Below, one piece after another: positions 8,820-18,505 of a stretch of DNA of 64,000 nucleotides (position 1 is its first letter; every line of letters begins with the position of its first letter). The stretch spans positions 1 through 64,000 of the forward strand of contig JAJHRB010000001.1 of the NCBI GenBank assembly GCA_020833025.1, written 5' to 3'. Both the position numbers and the translations under genes were made by a program. The DNA is from Thermoproteaceae archaeon (GTDB lineage Archaea > Thermoproteota > Thermoprotei > Thermoproteales > Thermoproteaceae). The notes under the pieces were generated by a model. It was not told the origin of the DNA. It saw nothing but the letters and a program-made list of their open reading frames with translations, and searched no databases.

Positions 8820-9973
8820 ATGGACGTGCCATCGGGGACGGCGCGCCGTACCTGAAATGTGTACTGTGCGGAGCTAGATACGAGCAGAACTACAGGCTGT
8901 ACACGTGCCCCAGGTGCGGAGGCCTTCTTGAGGTGACCATCCCGCACAAATACTGGAGCCCGCGGGGCAGAGGCATCTGGCGGTATGCATCAATGCTGCC
9001 GCTAGGGAGCGGCATCTCGCTGGGAGAGGGCGGCACTCCGCTGGTTGAGTCGAGTCTGAGTAGTAACCTCTACATTAAGTTTGAAGGGACTAATCCCACC
9101 GGGAGCTTTAAGGATAGAGGAATGGCCCTTGGCGTTACAGTTGCGAGGGAGAGCAGGGCCGAGAAGGTGATAGTCGCGTCCACAGGAAACACTGCGGCGT
9201 CTGCCGCAGCGTATGCCGCGAGGGCTGGGCTGAAGTGCTACGTGCTGCTGCCCCGGGGCAACGTCGCGCGCGGCAAGCTCATACAGGCAGCACTTCACGG
9301 CGCTGAGATAATTATGATTAACGGCTTTTTCGACACTGCTCTCAGGTACGTGCTCGAGCACGGCACCAAGTACGCATATCCGCTGAACAGTTTCAATCCG
9401 TGGAGGCTGGAAGGCCAGAAGACAATTGCATTTGAGATATACGAGGAGCTTGGATGTCCAGATTACGTAATAGTGCCCGTTGGAAATGCAGGCAACATCT
9501 CTGCAATATGGAAGGGGTTTAGAGAGCTGGGAGAGCTCGGTCTCTGCAGAAAGCTTCCTAGAATGGTAGGCGTGCAGGCAGAGGGCGCGGCGCCGCTTGC
9601 CGTGGCGTGGCAGAGAGGTCTCAAGAGCCCGCTATTTGTTGACAAGCCCAAGACAATAGCAAGTGCAATTAGAATAGGCAGGCCGATTAACTGGCCCAAG
9701 GCAATGGCGGCAGTAGAGCAGTCAGGCGGCCTCTTCATCGCGGTTTCCGACAGCGAGATTGCCGAGGCTCAGAGGCTTCTGGCATCTAGAGACGGCATCG
9801 GGGCGGAGCCGGCGGGGGCTGCCTCCGTTGCAGCCGCGCTGAGGCTCAAGGTGAGCGGCACTGTAGTGGCCGTCGTCACGGGGCACGCACTCAAGGACCC
9901 CGACGTTATCGAAATAAGCGTCAGGGAGATAAAAGATTCAAGAGAGCTCCTCCTACTGCTGGAGGGAGCGTGA
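8820..9973 (+). CDS. thrC: Threonine synthase; 5' end out of frame
   Basis: EGTNPTGSFKDRG, ASTGNT and VPVGNAGN motifs. The Zn-ribbon N-terminus YLKCVLCG..CPRCGG lies upstream of the called GTG 8933. ATG 8820 needs one extra G at 8834-8837. Confidence 0.9.
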
Positions 9974-10968
9974 AACCCGTCGTGAAGATAGGAGGCTCTC
10001 TCCTTAAGAGCGCCGAGGATTTCGTCAGAGCTGCCCGCTTCGTAGTCTCACAGAGAGAGCCGCCGGTCGTGGTAGTCTCGGCGATGAAGGGCGTCACAGA
10101 TGCCTTGCTCGAGCTTGAGAAGTCCAGAAGCATTTCGATCTACTACGAAATCGCGCGGAGGCACGCCTCTGTTGCTGAAGCACTCGGCGTGCTTGAAGCC
10201 ACGAGAGCACCGCTCAAGGAGCTGAAAGACGCGCTGAAAATGCCGAGAGAGGCTTGGACGCGCGATTACTTCGCCTCATTCGGCGAGAGACTCTCCGCGA
10301 TAATATTACACGCCGTGTTGAGGAGGCTTGGCACTCCCGCAAAGCTATTCACGGCTCCGCTGCTCACAGATGACAATTACGGAAATGCAGAACCGCTAGC
10401 GCTTGAGAGTGCAGACGAAATAGCGGAGCCAGGGACTGTGGCGGTCGTCACGGGGTATATAGGCAGGAGCAAAGAGGGGAGGTTCACTACTGTTGGGCGG
10501 GGTGGCAGTGATTACGTGGCCACCTTCATCGGCAGGGAAATAGGCTCAAGGAGAGTCTCGCTAATAACGGAGGCTCTCGGTGTGATGACCGCAGACCCCA
10601 GAGAGGTTGAGGGTGCAGAGCCGCTCCCGCTGCTCTCGATTTACGAGGCCCTTGAGGCCGCAAAGCTTGGCGTCAAACACTTCCACCCGCGAACGTTCGT
10701 GCCGCTGCTGGATGCAGCAAGCACAGTAGTTGAAGTGAGAAGCTATGAAAGCCGCGGGACGCTCATTGGACACTTCTACCCGCCGCCTCCCTGCAAGGTT
10801 GTTATAAGGTGCGAGGGAGGTAGTTACATCATAGGGCTGGCGGCGTACGAGCTAACAAAGCTCGGCGGCGTTCTACTGAGCAGGTATGCCGTAAGGCTAA
10901 ACATGGCGCCGCGAGACGCTCACGAGCTCTTCATCAGGCCGCACCTCAAGACGCTCTTCAAGCGGTAA
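9970..10968 (+). CDS. lysC: Aspartate kinase
   Basis: VVKIGGS, VVVVSAMKGVTD, SFGERLSA, GRGGSDY, GVMTADPR; start overlaps the thrC stop. Confidence 0.9.
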   Translation: MKPVVKIGGSLLKSAEDFVRAARFVVSQREPPVVVVSAMKGVTDALLELEKSRSISIYYEIARRHASVAEALGVLEATRAPLKELKDALKMPREAWTRDYFASFGERLSAIILHAVLRRLGTPAKLFTAPLLTDDNYGNAEPLALESADEIAEPGTVAVVTGYIGRSKEGRFTTVGRGGSDYVATFIGREIGSRRVSLITEALGVMTADPREVEGAEPLPLLSIYEALEAAKLGVKHFHPRTFVPLLDAASTVVEVRSYESRGTLIGHFYPPPPCKVVIRCEGGSYIIGLAAYELTKLGGVLLSRYAVRLNMAPRDAHELFIRPHLKTLFKR

Positions 10969-11136
10969 TCCCTGCCCCTCAGGACTGGGCTGCCGGCCTT
11001 CAGCAGCGGCCCGCAGTGCTCGCCCAGGCCGTTTCCAAAATCCCAGCCGGAGGGACCAGCAAGGGCGGGGCGAGGGCGCCTTCTCTGGGACGCGGGAGCG
11101 TCTGCCCTTTAGGGCGGGAGGGGGATTGGCGGGACG

Positions 11137-11185
11137 TCAGTTCGTGGGTTCCTCCTCACGGGTCAGAACTAAAGACCCTCGTCAC
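11137..11185 (-). ncRNA. C/D box guide sRNA
   Basis: C GUGACGA, 12-nt guide GGGUCUUUAGUU, D' CUGA, CCC, C' GUGAGGA, 12-nt guide GGAACCCACGAA, D CUGA. Intergenic. Confidence 0.85.
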
Positions 11186-11217
11186 CCGAGAGCTCGCGCG
11201 CCGCTCCAAAAATTCAC

Positions 11218-11586
11218 TCACGACGCCTCCATTTTTCTTAGCAGTCTGAGCCACGTGGCAATGGACTCTCCCCCGGCCACTAGCTTGCCTTTAATAAGTC
11301 TGTACTGGCTGACGGCGCCCTTTTTCACTAGATACGCTGCAAACATGTTGACCAAGACTTTTGCCTGACCTCTCCTCACAAGACCCTTGATGTACTCACT
11401 AGGATAGTCTCTGGCGACAGGATTTCCCTTTTCGGCTGCCTCCTTAGCGCGCAGTGCCAGAAGCTTGACGCCAACCTCCTTGAGCCATGCCTCAAATTTA
11501 TCCAGCTCATCGCGGAACTCTCTTGCTATTTCTGAGCCGAGAAACTGGCTCCAGTACTGCCTTAGCTCACTTAGCGCTGACTCCAC
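11218..11586 (-). CDS. Conserved hypothetical protein
   Basis: 122-aa ORF with typical codon usage; TTTTAAAG box 18 nt before the GTG. Confidence 0.7.
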   Translation of the reverse strand: MESALSELRQYWSQFLGSEIAREFRDELDKFEAWLKEVGVKLLALRAKEAAEKGNPVARDYPSEYIKGLVRRGQAKVLVNMFAAYLVKKGAVSQYRLIKGKLVAGGESIATWLRLLRKMEAS

Positions 11587-11717
11587 GCTTCTCTGTGCGC
11601 GCTACTTTTAAACTTTGGCACTTAACGTGGCTCAAGCGGTGCGGCTCGCAGCACGGGGCGTCGTGTTATTACGTAGGCCTCAAGCGGCTGCCACGCGGTC
11701 GCACGAACGCCTAGGAG

Positions 11718-12278
11718 CTAGAAAAAAGAAGCATAGTACCCCACTGCAATTTTCCTCGCCGCCTCCGCGGCGCACGAGGGGCAGACAAGAGCCATGCCGT
11801 GTCTCTTTAGCGTCGAGCCGCATTTAGGACACCGCGAGAGAATAACGCCATAAGTGGGCCCGCGTATTGAAACTATTAGCGGGGGGCCGTGAGCTGAGAC
11901 GACCCTCGCCCTTATGTAATCGCCGATGCCGAGCCTCCCGTCAGCCAAGAAGTGAGGCAGAATACCTGTAAACTGATACTTCAAGTCCACGGGCCCTCGC
12001 TTGCCCTCAACGGCGAAGCACTTAAGCTGGTACGCCCTCTTGCCCTTGCCGGTGACCTGGCAGTAAACTACCGCGCCGGGTTGCGGCAGCGGCGGGTTCC
12101 TTACAGGTCTTACCACTGCTGTATGAGATTTATCGTCATAAAGTGCTACACAAAGCGTGCATGCAATGTACTTGTAGCCGGCATAGTATGCCGAGCCCCT
12201 CACATCGTACTCCTCTGCATACGCGACAATCTCACCCGGCGTGACTACTGCACGCTTCACGCACAGGCTTGCGCCCAT
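11718..12278 (-). CDS. csl4: Exosome complex RNA-binding protein Csl4
   Basis: VVTPGE N-terminus, S1 domain (LGIGDYIRARVVS), C-terminal CPKCG..CPSC ribbon, next to rpoL. Start 12278 is inferred. Confidence 0.85.
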   Translation of the reverse strand: MGASLCVKRAVVTPGEIVAYAEEYDVRGSAYYAGYKYIACTLCVALYDDKSHTAVVRPVRNPPLPQPGAVVYCQVTGKGKRAYQLKCFAVEGKRGPVDLKYQFTGILPHFLADGRLGIGDYIRARVVSAHGPPLIVSIRGPTYGVILSRCPKCGSTLKRHGMALVCPSCAAEAARKIAVGYYASFF

Positions 12279-12313
12279 AAGATTAAGCTTTTTACCGCGC
12301 CGTACTGTACCTC

Positions 12314-12925
12314 GTGCTTGTTGAGCTGTCATTTAAGTTCAGCAGCGCGAGTGAGGTCGAGAAATTCTTGTCATTTCTCGAGAGACACGTGAGGAATGTT
12401 CGATATTCCGTGAGCGCGCGTCTGACGCACGTTTACGTCCAGCTGCAGGGAGAAGGCAAGGAGCTTCAGGACGCAGTTGCGCTGGTGAAAATGCTCGCAG
12501 GTCTCGCGAGAGCTCGGCGCGCCGTTAGACGGGTGCCGCTGTTGGTACTGTTCAGAGACGCTGAGCTGGCAAGGCCTGTGCCGCCGGACGCGATAGCCGA
12601 CGCGCTGACGTTATCCGGCATTCCGTCGAGAGTGCGTGGCAGCTTCCTCGAGACAGAGGCAGACTACGAGAAGGTCCTACAAGTGGCTGAGGAGCTTTCT
12701 AGGCTCTACAAGATCTCCGAGAGGTACCCGATAACGCCACACGCAAAGAGAATTGTCGTGGTGCACGCGTATGCTACAGGCAAGCCGGTCGACGCGTCAA
12801 TAGAGGAGCTAGTAAGTGCCGGGTTGCTAAATCGCGGCGCGGCTATCAGCCTTAGATACCCCATTGAGGAGACAAAGAGGCGCTTGCTCAGTGCTGCTAG
12901 CGTTAGGCAGGGGCGGTCGGCTTAG
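12314..12925 (+). CDS. Conserved archaeal protein (DUF2067-like)
   Basis: 203-aa ORF between csl4 and rpoL, the usual neighbourhood of this family; TTTTTA box 19 nt upstream. Confidence 0.55.
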   Translation: MLVELSFKFSSASEVEKFLSFLERHVRNVRYSVSARLTHVYVQLQGEGKELQDAVALVKMLAGLARARRAVRRVPLLVLFRDAELARPVPPDAIADALTLSGIPSRVRGSFLETEADYEKVLQVAEELSRLYKISERYPITPHAKRIVVVHAYATGKPVDASIEELVSAGLLNRGAAISLRYPIEETKRRLLSAASVRQGRSA

Positions 12926-12952
12926 TTTAAATACTGCCGCGTAGCCGCGTGC

Positions 12953-13246
12953 GTGCTTCAGCTTGAAATACTGAAACTTGACGACAAGTACTTGGAAATC
13001 AAGGCCCGGGGAGACACGTACACTCTATTCCCGCCTATCGTAGAGTATCTGTCTCGCGACCCGGACGTGGAGTACGTGCAGTTTGACGTTGACCACCCGC
13101 TACTCGAAAATGTACATTTTAAGGTAAAGGTTAGAAGCGGCAATCCCCTTAAGGCCGTGGAGAGGGCCGTGAGGGCCATACTGCAGGATCTAGAGGAGCT
13201 CGAGAGAGGATTCCTCGCGGAGAGTCGCCAGGCCGGGAGCATGTAG
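12953..13246 (+). CDS. rpoL: RNA polymerase subunit L (Rpo11)
   Basis: GDTYTLF..VEYVQFDVDHPLLENVHFKVK motif. Confidence 0.9.
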   Translation: MLQLEILKLDDKYLEIKARGDTYTLFPPIVEYLSRDPDVEYVQFDVDHPLLENVHFKVKVRSGNPLKAVERAVRAILQDLEELERGFLAESRQAGSM

Positions 13247-13267
13247 AGAGCCCCGGCCGCCGCCGTT

Positions 13268-13936
13268 ATGATGCGCCTAGTACTGGCAGAGGCCTCGCTC
13301 GAGCTCGTGCCGCCAGAAATACGGAGCCACCCAGCAATAATAGCCGATGCCAGGAGGCGGGGCAGGAGGCCGGAGGAGATGCTACTCGACCGGGCCCGGC
13401 ACCATCCGGCAATGCTGGCACTTAAGGACTCTCTCAGGCGGGGGAGGCCGGACATAGTGCACCAGGCATTACTCGTGTTCCAGTATAGCCTCCTGAATAG
13501 GCGCGGGCTGGGCAGAGCATACGTCCACACGCGCGATGACTACGTTATCGTGATCCAGCCGGAAACGAGAATGCCCCGGAATTACAATAATTTCATTGCA
13601 TTAATCGAGCAACTCTACGCCATTGGCAGGGTCCCGCCCCGAGGGAAGCCTCTCATCGAGCTTCAGAGAAAGGCCCTGCAGTCGCTGCTCAGAGAGCTCG
13701 GAAACCGCTGGATCGTGCTTCACGAGAATGGCGTGAAGGTGTCTCTGGCTGAAATTGGCAAAGCGCTTCTGAGCTCTGTCGTCGTGATCGGCGGCTTTCC
13801 GCACGGAGACTTCTTAAATAAGTGGGTCATCGAAGCGGCCGAAGCCGTGTACAGGCTAGGCGACGAGGTCATGGATGCGGCGCAGGTGATCTGCAAGGCC
13901 GTCACTGCCGCAGAGACCGCCGCCGGCCTTCTCTAA
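13268..13936 (+). CDS. nep1: 16S rRNA pseudouridine methyltransferase Nep1/Emg1
   Basis: LAEASLELVP, RGRPDIVH, RMPRNYNNF and IGGFPHGDF motifs. Confidence 0.92.
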   Translation: MMRLVLAEASLELVPPEIRSHPAIIADARRRGRRPEEMLLDRARHHPAMLALKDSLRRGRPDIVHQALLVFQYSLLNRRGLGRAYVHTRDDYVIVIQPETRMPRNYNNFIALIEQLYAIGRVPPRGKPLIELQRKALQSLLRELGNRWIVLHENGVKVSLAEIGKALLSSVVVIGGFPHGDFLNKWVIEAAEAVYRLGDEVMDAAQVICKAVTAAETAAGLL

Positions 13937-13944
13937 CACTAGCC

Positions 13945-14724
13945 ATGTCCGTGGAATTCCTGGTATATCTGAAGCGGAAGGGGCGCTGGCAAGAGCTAGC
14001 GAGATATGTGGAGCAGATCGGTGTGCCGTGCGTTCTCGACGTGAGCCATCTCGACACGTCGCGCTCGCCGATAACAACTGCGGTGGAGATAGAAGATGCA
14101 CTACTCGAGAGCAGAATTGACGCGCTGGCTCTGCCGAGAGTCGGCGTGAGCGAGCTCGACTGGTACATCATGCTGGCAGACGCACTTGGTACGACAAGGC
14201 TTGTAATACCACCTGCACCCACAATAGACGATATAGCTGCGGTGTATGACAGGGCTGTGGGACATGGTATGCACGTTAACTGGATTTACGGAATTCAGCC
14301 GCTTGCGAGCATAGACGACGTCGAGAGAGTGGCCCGCGAGGTGAGGCACACAGCGGCGAGAATAACGTACGACCCGGTCAAGGCGAGAGGCACGAAAGAG
14401 ATTTACAAGACTATAGTAGCGCTGAGCGGGTACATAAGAGAAATATATATGTCGAACAGACGCGGAGGGCGCAGCCCGCGCCTCCCGCCATTTGACCCCT
14501 CAGGCAGGGTAAACTTTGCTGAGATTATGCAAATATTGCACTTGATAGGCTGGGAGGGCAAGCTTACCATTAGGCAAGCTCCTGCGTACTTCAGCGAGCT
14601 GGAGGTTCAAATTAAAATAGGCATGGAGGTTCTCGAGAGCACAAAAAGCTCCGGCGCCTCTAAAGTAGTGCGGAGACGGGTGTCGGCGATACTCGCCGAG
14701 CTTATGTCTCGAGGAGCTCCCTAA
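13945..14724 (+). CDS. Sugar phosphate isomerase/epimerase-like TIM-barrel protein
   Basis: ITYDP, RLPPFD..GRVNF..IGWEGKLTI resemble the AP-endonuclease-2/xylose isomerase-like fold. ATG 13945 is inferred. Confidence 0.55.
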   Translation: MSVEFLVYLKRKGRWQELARYVEQIGVPCVLDVSHLDTSRSPITTAVEIEDALLESRIDALALPRVGVSELDWYIMLADALGTTRLVIPPAPTIDDIAAVYDRAVGHGMHVNWIYGIQPLASIDDVERVAREVRHTAARITYDPVKARGTKEIYKTIVALSGYIREIYMSNRRGGRSPRLPPFDPSGRVNFAEIMQILHLIGWEGKLTIRQAPAYFSELEVQIKIGMEVLESTKSSGASKVVRRRVSAILAELMSRGAP

Positions 14725-14792
14725 GTCCACTTGAGCGCCGCGGCGGGCAGGCCCCGCGCGACTTGCACACATGTTCAGGACTCCGTGTCAGA

Positions 14793-14897
14793 TCAGAGGT
14801 CCTATGTCAGAGATCCCGTGCCGGGGGGTCCTATGCGCAGGGGCACACACCCATTCATAGGACCTCTGGCACAGAACCTCTGACATAGCATTCTTGA
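14793..14897. repeat. Symmetric array of three direct and three inverted 14-bp units (consensus TCAGAGGTCCTATG)
   Basis: Direct units at 14793, 14807 and 14821; a 20-nt spacer; inverted units at 14856, 14870 and 14884. Confidence 0.75.
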
Positions 14898-14948
14898 CGC
14901 AAGAATCTGGAAATCCGGTTTCCCGTTCAGGCCTGCCGCCGCAGTGAC

Positions 14949-15590
14949 ATGAAAGCATACAGAATGCTCGCGCTGCGCTACGACGTCCTAGAGCTGCCGC
15001 CCGAGGCGCAGCAGAATTCCCGCAGTTACTCAAGGTCCTGGCAGAGTTCCGAGCGCGGGCCTCCGAGCAGGCCGAAAATGGCGGCAGAACGCAACTGCCA
15101 GAGAGAGGGGCCCAGCCGAGGCGTCTCGCAGAGAAATTTTGTCCACGCGTACAACGCGCTGGAGCGACTGAGAGGGCGCGTCATAAGGCGCGGCAAGAGG
15201 GACTTATCGAGGGTCTCGCAGGCGGCACGGAGTGCCGTGCGTTGAGGCGAGGCTCTACAGCACGGTGTGCCCGAAATGCGAGGCGAAAATGGTGGAGCTG
15301 CAGAACAAGCGAGCTGGGTGCATGAAATGCTGCCTCAAGACAAACCAAGAATGAAAGTGCCCATCATGTGGGCGGTGAAGAGATTTGGCGGGCTGCTCAA
15401 AACGGCTCAGGCCTAAAACCACCTCTTTTTTCTTCGCCGTGCCGGATGCTTACTAGCCCGGCAGTTCTCGCAATCTCATGAAAGCACGGCCGAGAGAGCG
15501 CTCCCTGTCAGGCGTGGGGTCCCGCCCGGCAGCGCCGCCTAGCGAGCGGGGCTCCGGCCCCCGGAGTGCGGTAGGGGTTGAAAGGGGGCA
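14949..15590 (+). mobile_element. tnpB: Internally deleted TnpB-like remnant plus putative right end
   Basis: MKAYRMLALRYDVLELPPEAQQ, FVHAYNALERLR, then directly GLIEGLA..HGVPCVEARLYSTVCPKCEAKM. Homologous to the 5.2-5.9 kb remnant. Confidence 0.7.
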
Positions 15591-15778
15591 CGGACACTAC
15601 TACCCCGGCTGGCAGAATTGCGCTATCGCGAAGTTTGCTCTGTTTTCTTATCGCTACGCGACTGTTTTACATTTCCTAGCAAGGCTACTTGAAATTTAAC
15701 AGAGCACATGTGAGAAGATGTAACTGAGTAAGTTAACAATGTACAAATTAATGGCCAAGTTTGACGAGAGGCTTGCAG

Positions 15779-15796
15779 TTAAAGTTAACTTTAAAT
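15779..15796 (+). promoter_or_regulatory. Perfect 16-bp palindrome overlapping the argG TATA box
   Basis: TTAAAGTTAACTTTAA at 15779-15794; TTTAAAT at 15790-15796, 20 nt before ATG 15817. Confidence 0.6.
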
Positions 15797-15816
15797 TCAT
15801 ATTAACGAGAGCGAAC

Positions 15817-17033
15817 ATGGCGAGCAGCGCCTCGGGGCGAGCAGAATAGTACTTGCCTACTCGGGAGGTCTGGACACCACGGTAGCAATAAAGTGGCTAA
15901 GGGAGAAGTTCAATGCAGAGGTTTATACTGTCACTGTTGACGTCGGGCAGGAGGAGGACTTTGCAGAGATTGAGGAGAGGGCATACAAGGCAGGCGCAGT
16001 GCAGCACTTCTACATAGATGCAAAGAGAGAATTCGCCGAGGAATACATATTTCGCTCTATTTTAATGAATGGAATGTATGAAGGGCTATACCCACTGGGG
16101 ACCGCTCTGTCTAGGCCCCTAATAGCTAAGAGGGTTGTCGAGATAGCCAGAAGGGTCGGAGCAGACGCAGTGGCGCACGGGTGCACCAGCAAGGGGAACG
16201 ACCAGGTCAGGTTCGAGCTGACAATTAAGGCGCTCGCGCCTGACCTGAAAATCATAGCGCCGGCGAGAGTGTGGGGCATGACGCGCGCTGAGGAGCTTGA
16301 GTACGCCAAGCGTCACGGACTGCCTGTGAGCGCCGAGCACAGGAAATTCAGCATTGACGACAATCTTTGGTCGAGGTCAGTAGAGGGGGGCCCGCTGGAC
16401 GACCCGGCCGCGGAGCCCTCGGAAGAGGTCTTCAAGTGGACGGTCGCGCCAGAGAAGGCGCCAGACAAACCGACGTATCTGACGCTAGAATTTAGAGACG
16501 GGCTCCCAATTGCGATAAACGGCGAGAGAATGGACCCGCTCGCACTGGTGACCGCGCTTAACGGCATCGGCGGTGCAAACGGTATCGGCAGGATAGACCA
16601 CATGGAGAGCAGGGTAGTGGGGCTTAAGAGCCGGGAGGTATACGAGGCGCCAGCAGCCGTGATACTGTACCACGCGCACAGAGACCTCGAGAAGCTCGTG
16701 CTCACGCCGCGCGAGCTGAGATTTAAGCACGGGATTCTTGACACCACGTGGTCGGACCTAGTGTATCAGGGCCTGTGGGTCGAGCCGCTGCGCGTGGCGC
16801 TTGAGAGGGCAGCAGAGGAGATGGAGCGGTGGGTGACCGGCACGGTGAGAGTAAAGCTCTACAAGGGCGCCCTCTGGATAGTGGGGAGGGAGTCGCCGTA
16901 TAGTAGCTACAGCAGAGAGCTCGCCGACTACAATAGAGGGTGGTATCCGAGCGACGAGGAGGCCAGGGGATTCATTAAAATGTGGGGCCTCCACTCGCTG
17001 ATCGCCATCAGGAGGCGCCGGCTGGCCGTCTAG
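15817..17033 (+). CDS. argG: Argininosuccinate synthase; 5' end out of frame
   Basis: [13 protein letters not shown] lies upstream of the called GTG 15999; also [33 protein letters not shown] 15817 needs one extra G at 15834-15837. Confidence 0.92.
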
Positions 17034-17287
17034 CCGGCGCGAAGAGGAAAGCACCAAAACTGGGCCGGGGAGGGAAAACAGGCGAGGTTTCAGTACCGCT
17101 GCCGGAGCGCAACTCGCGGCAACTGCCGCTAACACTCACGGCGATAATATAATGAGGGAATTGAGGGAGGGCGTTGCATGCCTCAAGAAGTCCGCGCGAA
17201 AGACGCCCCGGGCTTTCTGGCCCCGGAGGGCAGCGAGAGTGAGCGTGTCCTGCCACTCTCAAGCCTCGCTAGCTGTTTTAACTGTGG

Positions 17288-18505
17288 TCATGAGCGCGAC
17301 CCCGAGCCCTCAAAGAAGTACAGCACAGCGGAAGGCCATGACTTTGCTACTGGTGACACGTCGTCCACGCACCCTCCCACTATCTTGAGCGCCGCGAGCG
17401 CCATTAGGCCAATTCTGTGATCGCCGTGTGAGGGCAACACGACGCCGCCTCTCCTGAGGGGCCCCCTCACGTGCAGTGTGCCGTCCTTGTACTCAGCATA
17501 TGCGCCGAGCCTCCGCAGCACGTCGATGACAGAATTTATCCTGTCGCTCTCCTTAAACCGCAAGTGCTCCACCCCGCGGATTACTGAGAGGTCCTCTACC
17601 GTCGCGGCTGCCAGCGCCAGCGGCATGACTAAGTCAGTATTGTGCCTTAAATCTGCGTCAACTCCCCTGGCAAGCGCGCCGCTCACGCGCACGACGCCTC
17701 CTGCCTCGCTGATCCTGGCGCCCATTTTCTCCAGCGCCTCTAAGAGGGGCCTGTCGGTGCTGGCAACCGTGCACGCTATCTCCACGGTACCCCCAGTGGC
17801 GAGCGCCGCCACCGCGAGGAATGCTGCCAGGCTGAAGTCGCCAGGCACTTTAATGCTGCCGGGGCTTCTCAGCGTGCCGGAGACCTCCACGACGCTCCCC
17901 ACGCTGACTCTCGCGCCAAAGGCCTTGAGAGCCTCGGCCGTCGCCTCGACAAAGCTCCAAGATCGCCTCTCGCCGAGGGGCTCCACGACTCCGCTTCCGC
18001 ACAGCGCGGCGAGGTACATGAGGCCTGAGATGTATTGCGACGAGATGTCAGCCCTCACGCGCACGTGAAAGCTCTCGAGGCGCCTGCCCTCAACCACCAC
18101 AAGGCCGGGCGCCCAGACGACTCTGGCAAGACCCCTCAAGGCGTCTACTAGCTCTCCGAGAGGTCTCTTTAGGAGAGTACCGCCGTATAGTATTGCAGTG
18201 ATGCCTGGCACGCCTGTGTAAATGGCCGTGGACGCGCGCAGTACGAACCCGCTCTCCATGACGCTAAAGGCTCTGAGGCGCTCCGGCTCTCTCCTATCAA
18301 TCATCACGCTGGCTCCCTCCAGTCTCACGCTCGCCAGCGGTTTTACTGCCCTCAACGCTGCGATCACGTCATCGCTCAGCTCGACCCCGTCAATTATAGT
18401 CTCCCCGTCAGCAAGCGCGGCGGCAAGGATAAAACGCTGGGAGTACGGCTTCGACGGCGGCGCCGGGAATCTACCCCCGAGAGTGCCTCGCTCAATGCAG
18501 AACAT
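17288..18505 (-). CDS. aroA: 3-phosphoshikimate 1-carboxyvinyltransferase
   Basis: [34 protein letters not shown] and DHRIG motifs. Confidence 0.92.
   Translation of the reverse strand: MFCIERGTLGGRFPAPPSKPYSQRFILAAALADGETIIDGVELSDDVIAALRAVKPLASVRLEGASVMIDRREPERLRAFSVMESGFVLRASTAIYTGVPGITAILYGGTLLKRPLGELVDALRGLARVVWAPGLVVVEGRRLESFHVRVRADISSQYISGLMYLAALCGSGVVEPLGERRSWSFVEATAEALKAFGARVSVGSVVEVSGTLRSPGSIKVPGDFSLAAFLAVAALATGGTVEIACTVASTDRPLLEALEKMGARISEAGGVVRVSGALARGVDADLRHNTDLVMPLALAAATVEDLSVIRGVEHLRFKESDRINSVIDVLRRLGAYAEYKDGTLHVRGPLRRGGVVLPSHGDHRIGLMALAALKIVGGCVDDVSPVAKSWPSAVLYFFEGSGSRS

Noticed and set aside
17152-17420. Short plus-strand ORFs and a GAGAGTG/CACTCTC hairpin between argG and aroA
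   Set aside because: No recognisable protein, the ORFs run antisense into aroA, and a 7-bp stem is expected by chance at this GC content.
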